A DNA stretch of 64,000 bases. It comes from Callorhinchus milii. Lineage: Eukaryota. The stretch is from the NCBI RefSeq assembly GCF_018977255.1, contig NW_024704742.1, positions 30,010,001 to 30,074,000 on the forward strand. Direction: 5' to 3'. Positions 24,350 to 37,261 of this stretch are shown here, in pieces. The position numbers were made by a program, and so were the translations under genes. The notes beneath the pieces were generated by a model. The model ran no database searches, was not told where the DNA came from, and was given only the letters and a program-made list of their open reading frames with translations. Position 1 is the first letter of the stretch. Every line of letters starts with the position of its first letter.

Positions 24350-24719
24350 CTGGAGTCCAGTAACTTAGTGGAGAGTCGCAAGCGAGAGAACATGCATTCG
24401 TTTCCTGGGCAGAGCGAAATGTTGGGCAAGTTTCCTTAATCCATACGCCTCTGTTTACCTAGCAGTAAATTGGAACCTGGTTGTTAGTCGATTGGTGGAT
24501 TGCTTTTCCGGGCATAATAAAACCTTCAAAAAAATAAAATAAATAAGAATAATTTGATCACTCAATCCACAACTGTTTGTGGAACACTGCTATGCGCAAT
24601 TGGCTGCTGCATTTCACCCACAGAATATACAGTCAATTCATTTTAAGTATATTCTGGGAAGCGCTTTAGATGTCTCAAAGACGTGATAAGATGCAATATC
24701 CAATGCAAAGATTATTATA
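24350..24719 (+). mobile_element. tRNA-derived SINE, long (older) subfamily
   Basis: Same head and tail plus the extra segment CTCTGTTTACCTAGCAGTAAATTGGAACCTGGTTGTTAGTCGATTGG. Confidence 0.85.
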
Positions 24720-27467
24720 ATGCGCTATCATGTTAATGTCTCTTAAGTGCTTAACAAATAATTGTCTAATGTAATGGCTGTTTTTATTAGCAAGTATTAT
24801 AACAGTACTTTTTTTGTCCATCTTCTAAGACTACATTTTTGTGAATAAAGCTATGTGGTTTTAGCTGGTTAGATTTCAGCAGTATCCCAACGCACACTCT
24901 GGGGTCCTCAAGCCTTAGCTCTTGCCAACCTGCACCTAATATTTTCCAGAATGGTGTAAGAAGGATGTGTCCCTCCAGGGAGAGAGTGCGCTTCCATTCC
25001 AACAATCTATCTCTGGAATTTCCATGTGTAGGTGGGATGCATGGAAATCTCAACTTAGTTAGGACACTCCTAAGCATAGTAATGGGTTTCTACATGTGTC
25101 AGATACCCGGCTGAACAAAAACATTTGAGAATAAAAAAATAAATTGTTGGCAATGTGTTTGTTCTTGAATGTTTGTGAATTTGGGTTTTTTCTGTGCTTA
25201 AAGTAGGGCTACTTAATTGCGTATGAGATTTTGTTCACTGTAAATGGGGAAAAAATGTAAGCAATGCTTACAAATTGTGCTTGGCTGATGAACACAAAGT
25301 AAACATTCAAGATTGTTCATTTTCAAACAAAAGTATAGCACTCTCATCCCTATTAATAGTATTGTGTAGCTTCTGTTTGCGAAAGTATAAAAATTCCACT
25401 GAATGGTTAGAATGAGAATTTTTAAAACAAATTTGATAATGAAAGAAAAGATTTTTTCTGGTAAAAAAAAAAGTTGTCCAGATGAGTACTGGCTAACATA
25501 AATCCCCTTAGCCAGTGAAAAATGCAGTACTATGTTTAGACATTTTCTCTTCCATTTTTGGGGGGTTTCCAGGTTTATGGATGGATAAACTGCTCCTGGA
25601 TGTCTGGAAGTACTCAGTATATGAAAATGTGCTCAAGAACAAGAGAAGTCCAGACTTACTAAGACATCACTCCTTACATTAATGGCACATGCTTTATGTG
25701 GCTCACAATTTTATTGTAGTGTTTTTTTCCCCTTCCCTCTAACTACCTTTCCTCTCATGAAAGTGCTGAATCTGTGGCATTCTCTTCCACACGTACTAGG
25801 CAACCTCTGGTATTTTACTTGTGTGGGCATTCATCAATGTGAGCCTGTGAGCTTTTTAGCCATAGGGTGCATCAGAACCAAGCTTAAACCTGTCCGAACT
25901 TAACATCCACATACAGCACATCTTCCAGCAGAGGTCTCTGGATCAATTGGGAATGCAGGCTGTGATTTTGTAGCCCAAGGTGCAAATGCTTTACTTTGTG
26001 CCATCCAAAATCAGCCAACTCAACACAAACCAGGATTGAACCAGAGAACTTCTGTGTATCGCTTGTTCCACACGAGACAATGGCTGTACCACTAAAGCAA
26101 TTTGGGTGACTTAACAAAAACATTTGTCAGCAAAGCTTTTAACAGAACACTGCATATTTACAGCTGGTGTATTGATTGCTTAGAACAATTGTGAATCCAT
26201 AATAAAACAAAGTTGAAATATTGTAGTTATATAGGTGAAAAATAGCTGAGTTGAAGATGTTCCCATTTGATATTTAATAAAACGTGATGTATTGAGTGAT
26301 GCAAGTGGAAATCTGAATCAGATGTCATCTAAGCCACAGGAGCAATGAATGGTAGGCCAGAACCAGTATAGAAAAGTCTTCAGAAGGAATTTGAGGGAAC
26401 TCTGAATAGCAGTATGTTAGGGTCACATGATTTTCTATCAATGTGGTGCACAGGATTACTAGATAGTTTAATTTACAAGCTTTTCTTTCAGCAATAATAA
26501 AAATAATAATCCTTGCATTTGATATAGCGCCTTATGTCGTTGAGACGTCTCAAAGTGCTTCACAGAATATACTGTAAAGTGAATTGACTGGATATTCTGT
26601 GGGTGAAAAGCTTTGGTAGTAAAATGTTTGCAATCTATGCCTGCCCATGTTCATAATACAGCATGGGTATGGTCAGTGGCCTGCTTAAGCAGATGCATGC
26701 TCTTCTAGGCAACACTCAAGGATGACAGGAGAGAATATCAAGAAGGATCATGGTGGCTGACCTTATAGTATTGCTTTTAAGTAGGTTCTGCAGAGAGTTC
26801 CAGCAACAAATGACCACTCTTCCTGCTCAGATGCTTACTGTAGATTCCCATCCCCTGACAGCAGGTGTCAGTTACTGTATCAATTCCTCTCCAACTTCTT
26901 GCCCACATCTCACAAAGTCCTTTTGATTCCTTCTCTTCCTTGCATGAGTGATCTAACCTGGCATTTTATTATTTTATGGGTATTAGTGCTCGCAATAGCT
27001 TGTGGGCAGCTGATGAACTATATTTGGCTGGTTAGCTTCTCTTCCCGATCACTTCTCACAATCAATTAAGGGCTCTGGGACACTATATTGCATGAGAGGC
27101 ATTATATAAATACAAATTGTTGTAGCAATGGCTTCTCACTCATTTTTACATACTTTACCAGAATACTTTCATTTATTACGTATTTGCCTGTTACTGCTGA
27201 CCCTGGTCCTTGTTTCCTAATAGAAATTGTAATCTTCCAAAAGTTTAATTTCAAAGACTGAACAAAATTGAGTAATGCTCGGTTAACATTTTGGCTTTAG
27301 TCTTAGGTCACCTCAGACAGCCTTGAAACCGAACTATGTTCTATTTGAGTAAAGGAATCGGTGTCTGGCTTTGAAATGTTATTCTGTATGCACTGGTTAT
27401 TTCATTATCTTGTATGGATTTTATGGCAAAGAGCCATAATTCTAATTATATGTTTCGTAATTTTCAG

Positions 27468-27601
27468 CTATGGAATATACTGATGCCTCGTATACACCTG
27501 GAGTCTAGAATCACCAAGCAATGGAGTGACATTGGTTTCCAAGGCGATGACCCAAAAACTGACTTCAGAGGCATGGGAATGCTAGGGTTATACAATCTAG
27601 T
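27468..27601 (+). CDS. ELMOD2: ELMOD2 coding exon 5 (ELMO domain with the GAP motif)
   Basis: LWNILMPRIHLESRITKQWSDIGFQGDDPKTDFRGMGMLGLYNLV contains the WxxxGFQxxxPxTDFRGxGxL motif; canonical splice sites. Confidence 0.98.
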
Positions 27602-28336
27602 GTAAGTTTACGTAACTTTTTACAGTGGTAATACCTGGCAAATAACTCAACGTGTTAGTTTCAAATATCCTAAATGTGACAAATAGTTTCAGATGACTCA
27701 CCTTTTCAACAAAATACACTTTAAAATACTTGATAAGTACATCTGTGTATCTGACCTAGAAAACTGCTTGGATACCAGTCTACCAAGACATTAGCAGTAC
27801 TCATATGTCTTTTGACCTTGATGTCTCGTGCTCTAGAATTTGGTCCGTGTAAGTTTTCCCCACTTTTCTTTATTTGTTATATTTATATTTATTTCTATTT
27901 TTATTTGTTGTTTTGTTTGCACTCGTGATGTGATCGTGTTTTGTAAGTGCCGTATACATAGGTTTTTGAAAGGAACGGTTCTGAAGCGCTCTGAGATGCT
28001 GTCTGGCATGGAGGGCGCTAGTTGTTGTATTAGTTACAAATTTATTTAATGTTTTAATCAGTTTCATCAGTAAAAGAAACGTTAGTAATGTAAGTCTTGT
28101 TTACTTGGGGATAGCTCCCACTGTGACTCTTATTAAAGGCACTGCCTATTGTGTAAATGAGCCATGTGGATCTGGAAAGTGCCAGTTTTGACTCCAGGTC
28201 TATGTTGAGTTAGCTGAGTTGGGGTGTGCACAAGTAAAGTGCAAGATGTCTATTGTCTAACTTTCTTAAATAGATATTTTAAACCATTAAATCTTAACAG
28301 ACTTCAGTTAATGTACTGTAATTAAAATCCCCTTAG

Positions 28337-28405
28337 ATACTTTGGTGAACATTACACAGAAGTGGCTCGTCAAATCCTTTCTCATTCAAATCACCCCAAA
28401 ATAGG
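28337..28405 (+). CDS. ELMOD2: ELMOD2 coding exon 6
   Basis: cttag|A; YFGEHYTEVARQILSHSNHPKIG; donor gtaagt. Confidence 0.96.
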
Positions 28406-29540
28406 GTAAGTACAAAGTGTGTTGTATTTAATACTTTCTCATTCAAATGTAGAAAAGTGGTGCCTTTCACTGACCGGCTCAAATTTTGGTGATTAAACCA
28501 TTCAGTATTTCAACATTTCCGACTTATGGATAAGAATTTACAGTGAAATATCTTGATATAAAATTTTAATTATGTACATAATAGCTATTTTGGGATCATC
28601 AAAAATCCAAAAGACTCATTTATTTGTTTTAAAGCTAGGAAGTTTCAATAATATAGCATCACTACCATCATAACACTTATTTCAATACTTATTTCTTGTG
28701 ACCATCCTAATACTTTAAAGTACTAATAATCCTTACATTTGATATAGCAGCTTTCTCATCAGGAGGATGTCTCAAAGCACTTCACAGCAGTGTATGCTGG
28801 AAAGTACAGTTGACTGTTTTTGTGGGCAATTTTAAATAATTGAATCAGTTATTCAGCGCAATGTATGTGACTTTTAATTGAGGAAAACTAACTTCATTTC
28901 AAAATTGGCATAATTATATCCAATCCAGAGTGGATGCTAATATATTTTGTAAAATTCTGCCATTACAATAACCTTAAAAATGTTTAATTAGTCATCAAAT
29001 GCTTTGGCTAATGGGTTCAATAGGCATTATTTCTATTCATTCCCTGATACCAGTAGAATTAGCTATTTGCTAAAATCTTGCAAAGATATACATACAGTTT
29101 TGTACACTGTGCTGCACAACTTGAAGTGTTTTCCCCTCCATAGCCAGTAATTGAAAAAGCTAGGATAACCTTCTAACAGCACACGCACTGCCAGATTAGT
29201 TTGAAGTATTAGTTTCCATAAAACAAACTGGTATTGTTTTGACTGCCCTGATATGTCACCAGAGTCTCAGAATATCAGTGTGTACTCAAAACGGCATCTC
29301 TGGAGAGCAAGATATACTAATAAAGTGCGAGATGTCTCTTGACGGATAGGAGAGATTTGTTTTAAAAATACAGTATCTCCGGCCTTTCATTCTACTTTAA
29401 GATGATCTCAGCTTCTGTATACTATTATGTTTTATACAATTTCTTGCAGTATTTCATAAGCACAGGAATATAATTTGCTGTGTAAATTTATTGTTTAATG
29501 TTGTTCCTTACATTTGTTTATGATGTGCTCTATGTTCCAG

Positions 29541-29674
29541 ATATTCCTATGCTATAGTTGGAATAAATCTCACTGAAATGGCTTACAGCTTGCTGAAGAG
29601 TGGTGCACTAAAGGCTCATTTCTATAACCTGGTCCCTGGAGTTCCTCAGATGCATCATTTTCATCAGTTTTATT
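29541..29674 (+). CDS. ELMOD2: ELMOD2 coding exon 7
   Basis: ttccag|A; YSYAIVGINLTEMAYSLLKSGALKAHFYNLVPGVPQMHHFHQFY; donor gtgagt. Confidence 0.97.
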
Positions 29675-30564
29675 GTGAGTGCTTTAAAATGTTCCCATTC
29701 AGAGTCTTAATTTATTCTATACTAAACACATTATTTTCAGTCATTTGATGGGATTGATTTTGATTTGCCTATAAAGAAACAGGATTAGGCAATTAAGCTC
29801 CTTGAGCTGTTCTGCCATTTTATAAGATTATGGCTGATCTGTACCTTAAGTCCAGTTACCTGCCTTGCCCCATATCCCTAAATATGAAAATCACTGAAAA
29901 TTTTCATGTTTCAAATGTTCATTTTGTTCTGTTTACTCCAAACTTGTTTTTTTGTATCATAGGATGATATGTGGCAACGCTAATGTTGAAAAGAATAGGA
30001 GAGAGTTTGAAAAGTAGGGGAGAGGGGAAAACAACTCAGAGGATGGTTAGATGATGCCAAGCTTTAAAAGACTGTGGGTTATATGAGGAAAGGAAGACTG
30101 ATGGTGTTACTAATAATATAATAATAATCTTTACATTTGGTATAGCACCTCATCATTTAATTGAGATGTCTCAAAGGGCTTCACAGAATATACTGTAAAG
30201 TGAATTCACTGTATATTTTCTGGATTAAACTAATTTTATATTTTAGGAGTGTTAAGGAATTAAATAATAATTGTTTGAACACGCATCCAAGTATTTGCTC
30301 AGAAATGACAAAATAACACTTGTTTATTTACTGCATATTACTGTAACGTGAGTACTGACCTCCCGACGTGAAAGGCACTATACAAAAGTAATTTTGTAAA
30401 GTTGTTGTTGTAACAATGACCTGAGGTAGTCGTCTACTCGCTTGGGTACAATTATTGTAAATATTTAGATCTTCAAGACATATACTCGATTTTTTTTAAA
30501 TGGCAGAGTGAAGAAAAAGCCTTATGTACCCAAGTTTTGATCAATATTGATTTGTTTCTTTCAG

Positions 30565-30716
30565 GTTACCTGATGTACGAGTTTGATAAATTTTGGTTCA
30601 AAGAAGAGCCACAAAGCATCATGGAATTCAACCAATACAGAGAGCAATTCCATGAAAGAGTAAAAGAATTGTTGAAAGATCCCAAGGCAATGCTTACTCT
30701 GGAATTCAATAAATAA
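30565..30716 (+). CDS. ELMOD2: ELMOD2 last coding exon
   Basis: ttcag|GT; (C)YLMYEFDKFWFKEEPQSIMEFNQYREQFHERVKELLKDPKAMLTLEFNK*; total CDS 891 nt = 296 aa plus stop. Confidence 0.97.
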
Positions 30717-32453
30717 ACAGTAGCAAATACATTCAGTATAACCAAGATAGAACGTGATACCAAGCAGAAGATGTTGGAAGAACACTGTTGATGAGGTCGT
30801 TTCACGTCTTTTTAAAAATATTTTATTAGTAAAGAGTGATGCAAGATTATGTGACTCCAATTCAGGATAAAGAGATTTTCGGTATAGGTACTATTGAAAT
30901 TGCATTTCAGATTTATTTGTATTTAATGGTATAAATATGGATCATAATATTCAAATATAGTACAGGTATTTTGCAATTTTGTTTCATTATTAAAAGAAGA
31001 GTGTGCTTATGGGCCATTAAAATATATATTTCAGTAGAATGAATTTTAGCAGATTCTGACGTTTTCCTGTGGAGAACAACTTGTGGCTGAATAATCCATT
31101 AAATGCTTATTGCAAATTTATTTTTCTGTTAGCGCACAGACAATCAGAAACTCGTAAAGTTGTAATTTGTTTTAATATTATCATCCAGTGACATGACAGA
31201 TCATTGTCAAGGAAGAAAATAATGCAGTGTTACCAGGGAGTAATCTTATTGAAGAGTTAACAACTGATATTTGAACTTTGATTAGATTACTTTCTGCATT
31301 CTTTTGTGGAGAGCTGTGTGGAAGTTGTTACTGACATGTATCCTGGTAGGTGTCAGCTAGGATTTTCCTTGTGGTTGATTTTTCTATGATTGTCATCTGA
31401 AAATCTTATCAAGCAGTCACAAAATCTAATCTCTTGTACACTAACTAATTAATTTCAAAAAAGTTTGTGATCTTACTTATTCAACAGTCCAATTTTAGGA
31501 CACATGAGATATTTTTAAATTGTCAATGATATATGATGGGTTACTTGATAAATTTGCAGACTGCAGTACAAATAATCCTTCAATGTGGATACTGCCTTCA
31601 GCTACAGAGCTGAGGCCACACTATTCACAATGCTAATAGCATTCTTTCAGTTCATCATGTACATGCAACTGGAGTTATCTTTGTACTACATTGTGTAAAG
31701 TTTATATTTTGTAGAATACAATCAAACCTGTTTTCAGCAACCATTTAGGGGACTGGACTAAAGTGGCCTTTATATAAAGGTGGCCTCTGAGTAAGGGTTC
31801 GTTGTTGAGTGTAGTCCAAGTGTATAGAAAAGTGCAGGTCACAATCAAACCCACAATCAGAACTATTTTTAATAAAGTAATAAATCAATTACAAAATACA
31901 AATGGTTACGGTTTCTGGGGGGCCAAAATTTCCACAGGCCCAAACGTAGACACCGCTGGACTCCTAGTACGTACCAATACTGTGCTGAGCAGCCCACCAG
32001 GTCTGATCTGGTCATTGAAACGTGGGTCAGTAGTGACAGGACTAAATAAGAGTAGCCATTGATTGCATCAGACAGGTGGTTGGTGAATAGAGAGTTGTTT
32101 TCACAGGTTTGATTGTATTGCTAACAATTGGCAATAAATTCCAGCACCTTCCTGCACAATGGGGAATTAACAAATTGGCTGAAATTACATTTGTAATCTT
32201 GGAGCATTCACCTAAATTGGGATTATATGAATGGTGAAAACTTGCTAATTTTTTTGTCTGAAGTGAGATAAGGAAAAAAGCAGTCCTTTTGAAGTCAAAT
32301 TTCATACCTCACTCAAGAAGTAAGGAGGAACATGTTTGTTTTCTATATTCTTATCTTGCTTCCTGTTGAGTATTGCTCATTACATGGTCAGCGATGTGAT
32401 ATTTTGTATTTATTACACGTTTAGTCTGGTTAAAACATTTGTTACTGTAAATT

Positions 32454-32459
32454 AATAAA
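32454..32459 (+). terminator. Candidate ELMOD2 polyadenylation signal
   Basis: AATAAA at the end of a largely repeat-free AT-rich stretch after the stop; alternatives at about 31871 and 32569. Confidence 0.4.
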
Positions 32460-34062
32460 TTTATTGACAAAATGCTTGCTTTGAAAAGAAGATACTTTGA
32501 CATTTGATGTTCATATAGATTTATAACAGATGGCCTTCCTAGTAAGTAAAAGAAAACTATTTTGCTGAAATAAATGATATCGTCAACAATTGATGATGCC
32601 TTGTATTAATCTTATTTATTTTTTCAAAGTGTGCACTGATTTTTTTTAAAGAGGATGTGTGTCTTTTATGTCCACAAACATAAATACAAACATTTTAAAG
32701 GCATAATAATCCCAAACTGCGTGTATAATTGTACGTTTCAACACATTATTATTAAAGATCTTCTTGAATATTTGGATTTGTAAGAATTCAGACAAGCTGG
32801 GCCATCAGCAGCAGCAGCCGCCCCCACCCCCTCCCCACCTCCCCAGTCACAGGATTGACTAGACTCCCAACACTCTGCTGTGAAACATGCTACTCTGGGA
32901 CCAGCCCAGCAACAAGCAGACCCCACAGCCACCAGCCAGTCATCTGATGAATGCAGGTCCAAGCACCCCAGTAGGTGGAGGAAGGTGCTACCTGAAATTT
33001 GGGTTTGCATGCTCATATATCCAGAGCTTGATCTAGGTTGGAAATTTATTGGTGTGAAGCTGCTGTTGATGCTCCACACATCCAACTTATGGAAACACCT
33101 GCTCAGTGGGCAGACGTATGCATCAGGCTGTGGGAGGGAATATGGGGCCAATACTCTCTCAAGTGCAGCTAAACCAGAAACTTGCGATGAGTTCCTAATA
33201 ACTGCTATCTACGTCATGAAGCCTTAAATCTGCCTTGCTGAATGTCAAATGACCAGAGAATGATTGTCCTCCTTTGGGTTGAGCAAGCTCCAAGGTGACA
33301 TGCTTGACAACAGAATATTGGAATCAAGTCAATCCACTGTGACAGTCTCAGTCGTCAAGTTCTTGTGCCAGGTGGGTCTACAGTGCTCCAAGACACCATT
33401 GATAATACAGCAACCAGCCTGGATTGTCAGCAGGGCTTCGAGGAGATGAAGTCACAGGGGACAAAGATTTTTTACCACTTGGCTCCTGTTAACCTTACAA
33501 GACAATGCCTTAACAGTTTGACTGTTCAGCTAAACAAGCAGATGGAAGCTTACCAATTAATACTCATAATGGCAAGCTAAATGTGGTTTTTAATTGGTTA
33601 AACTCCAGCATTACCCAAATATATATTCTGGGGTCCCTAAGCCATGGCTCTCGCAAAGCTGAGCATACTATTCGGAATTAAGTGAGTAAGATGCATAAGT
33701 AAGTGGAGCTTGCCCCCCACAACCTCTGACTTGGAGGCGAGAATGCTACGAACTGAGCCAGACTGACACAGTGTAATGGCTTACACTGAGCAATGCAGCT
33801 TGATATCTGGGTTACAAAGCTTACTAGCTTAACTGCACAAACAAAAAGTGCTGGTATCACCTGAGATTCAGCGCCTTGGGATTTTCTCCCGACGTGAAAG
33901 GCACTATACAAATGTAATCTTGTTGTTGTTGACAAGGTGTTTTGCATGTTTTCCATTTTTAATCTAAACTGATTTTGTACATTTGAGCAACAGTTTTTGT
34001 TTACCAGTTAAATTGACCTGTCCTTTGCATGATTAGAATTCATACTTTGGAATCAGGGTAGG

Positions 34063-34389
34063 ATAATAATAATAATAATAATCCTTGCATTTGATATAGC
34101 GCTTTTCACGTCGGGAGGACGTCCCAAAGCGCTTCACAGAACACACTGTAAAGTGAATTGACTGTATATTTGTGGGCGAACGCGGCAGCCAATTGCGCAC
34201 AGCAATGTCCCACAAACAGTCGTAGATTGAAAATGACCAATTTATTATTGTTTTTGGTTTTGGAGGGATTATTATTAGCCTCTGTGTGGGAGTAAGGAAA
34301 CTTGCCCAAGGTTTCGCCCTGTGCCTGGAATTGAACTCAGGTCTCTCGCTTGCAAAGCGAGTGCTCTAACCACTGAGCTACAGGACTCC
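34063..34389 (-). mobile_element. tRNA-Ala-derived SINE, young, with TSD TAGGATA
   Basis: Full head to (ATT)n tail; TAGGATA at 34059-34065 and 34394-34400. Confidence 0.93.
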
Positions 34390-35365
34390 ACGTTAGGATA
34401 GACCAGTAGTCACAAATACCAAGGTTATTGATTAATGAGGGAAAAGCTTGGAGTCATTTCAGATTATTATCAACAGTAAATAAGTGCTCTGGGACACTAC
34501 CCTGCATGAGGGACACTATATAAATGTAAGTTGTTGTTGTAAATAACAGATATGATCTCAGTACAGTGTTTAAGAAATGTTTAATAAAGTTGGCTGCACT
34601 AAAATGATCATTTTTGTTGGATGCACTACCGTTCTCTAGTCCAGCACTAAGATGTGGTAAAATAGATAGAATTGCTTTTTCTCTCCCTCTGGACCATTTT
34701 GAAGGTGCAGCAGGACAGCTTAGTTTCTAGCATATGTGCAGAAAGCATTTGAAGTCAAGTTAAAACTGGGATGAGAGCAGACATCGGTCTGCTTTTGCGT
34801 TAGAATCTTTCTCATGTGATTTCATTCAAATCTTTTTCTGACATCAACAGGGGTGGGATGAAGGGAAGTTCCTCAGCTCAACAACTGGATTGTAATGGCT
34901 ATTGACCTCATTACCTCCTTCCTCCCAAAGGATAATTGCAGTGGATTGAACCAGTATTCAACGTATTTATGCTTATCACATTTCTAAATATTTGAAGTAC
35001 AGCAAAGCAATAGAATTTGGGTTGATGTGTAACATACAATATTTTGGTAGTAAAATGCATTTATCAACACTAATTTTAATATAAAAAACACTTATAAAAT
35101 AAATAAAACATTGTTATAAAGAATTGTTATTCAAGAATCAATGCAAAATATTGAGACAATTTCCAACAGACATGACTTTACGATATAATCAGTAACTCAT
35201 CTTAAGCATTAAAGTGCATGTTTTCCAACAGTTTTTTTTTAAAAAAAACAGAATACAAAGCTGATTGGATAGTACCAACTATCCAACTACAGAGGAATAA
35301 AATATTAAAATAAAGTGCTTCACTTTTCATTCATAAGCTGGATGAAAGCATTTATCTGGAAAATA

Positions 35366-35927
35366 CAGTAAACTCCTGATAACAAGACCCTAGTTTAACT
35401 TGTCACTACTACTAAAGTCGGCATGCTGTCAATGTCCCCGCCACTTCTCATGCAAAGTATTAATAAAGGACTTCGCTTTACTTGTTACTCCACTCAACAC
35501 GTAACTAGTCACCTTCTACAAATTCTTGTAAGTACTTCCAATGTAAAATTGATGGAATAGATTGTCCTTTAAGGTGGCGGCTTGCATCGCAGAGGCCTCC
35601 CACATTATCCTGTGACTGGTACGGGGACACAGCAGAAGTTGGGCATACATGCTCAGATGCATCGCAGGGAAGCTCTGGTCTATTGGGGGGCCGTGCTCTG
35701 AGCTCCAGCCCCACCTACCTCTTTATCCTGTGAGAGGATAGGGCAGGAGACCACAACACGACCCTCAAACAGACCAGAGACCTCTGTGATGCCTTCGAGC
35801 ATCCATGCCCAACCTCTGCTGTGCGTCCCCACTAGTCACACCGCCCCTTTGTGGCCTGGGAGGATCTATGCCTAATTCGTCACTGAGCCCTTTTCTCTTG
35901 GGTGGATGAGTTATCCAGAGTTTACTG
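35366..35927. mobile_element. Non-autonomous Tc1/mariner-superfamily (Tigger/pogo-like) MITE
   Basis: TA|CAGTAAACTCCTGATAAC ... GTTATCCAGAGTTTACTG|TA terminal inverted repeats with TA TSD; long internal inverted repeat. Confidence 0.75.
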
Positions 35928-36332
35928 TACTTCATGAAGCTTATAGCTATAAATTTATATAAACGGATTTATATTAGAATGGAACTGTCCATTGGAAGCA
36001 ATTGATTTTGTCCAGGAACAAACTGAAATTAATATTGCAGAATATAGGAATAGGACCAGACTGAGATGAAAAATTACTTCATTAAACACATTAATTCATA
36101 ACCCTGAGAACAATAGATCATTGGTTATTGTGAAACATCGCTTTCCATTCTTAAATGCTCTTATGCATGTTCGCTGTTCACTAATCCTCATGTTAAATAG
36201 TTTTCTTAAATATTGGAATTCCTTGTCAGACATGACCATATTTCTACCAGTTCTCAATGTCCACAACTGAGGCAGATTTAATGGTGCAGAGAAGTAGCTT
36301 GCATTTTGATGTTCCCTTTTTCATCCAAGGAA

Positions 36333-36447
36333 TCATGTGGTACAGTCCACAGTTTGTCTAGTCATCATCATTGCCCTTTTCAGTTGTTCATAAGACACAA
36401 ACATTATCACATTCCATGAGCCAAGGCGTAGATAAGAAGGAACAAAC
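36333..36447 (-). CDS. UCP1: UCP1 last coding exon
   Basis: [37 protein letters not shown]; total CDS 939 nt = 312 aa plus stop. Confidence 0.96.
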
Positions 36448-36851
36448 CTAAAATAGAAATGAATATTATATTAGGCCTACCACCTCCAGACAATAGATTA
36501 TCACACCTTGTCAGTGAGTTGCACCATTCAAGTATGCAAGACTATTTGTGTAAATACCATGTACCATCGTTTGAATTGTATTACAGGAACACTCCTCAAC
36601 TCAAGAAAGCCTGTGAATCTTGTAAATTCTTTTTAAATAAACAAAATAAAATATTTTTTTTAAAAATTGTGGTTCAATGTAGGTTTCCAAAATTTTTAGT
36701 GAAGTCTGATACTAAAAATCACCTTTAATTTTAGATTTGGCAAAATGTATCGAGTCTATCAAGCTTAAAATTGTCGGACTGGATTGAATGTACTGTACAT
36801 GTAAATACACAGTACTGCTGTTTAAATTGGGGGAGTGGGGGGTGCACTTAC

Positions 36852-37032
36852 CCTTTGTAGAAGGCTGTGGGTCCTTCTTTAATCAGCATGGTCCAGGCGC
36901 AATTGAGTGCGCTCTTATACTGTCCAGGTGAAGAGTTCATGTATCTTGTCTTTACAACATCAACAGGAGAAGCTATCACCGTGGTGCAAAATCCTGCACC
37001 GAAGGCTGACAGGAAGTGACAGGGCAAATTAT
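36852..37032 (-). CDS. UCP1: UCP1 coding exon 5
   Basis: [61 protein letters not shown]; 181 nt; donor GTAAGT. Confidence 0.97.
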
Positions 37033-37261
37033 CTGCAATTTAAATAAAAGGACTTATCAACTGGAAACGTGTTCAATTGATGGCACGGAATTAGCTACAT
37101 GCATGTTTATTTTAGTGAGGCGCTATATTGATATTAATAAAAGTGTGAACAGAATTGTTTGAGTGGATGTTTTTCTAACTGATTGGAAACATATTTACGC
37201 TCTACAAGATAAGTGCCTCAGAGAAAATGGGAATGATTATATGGTCAAACATTCCAGGAAC

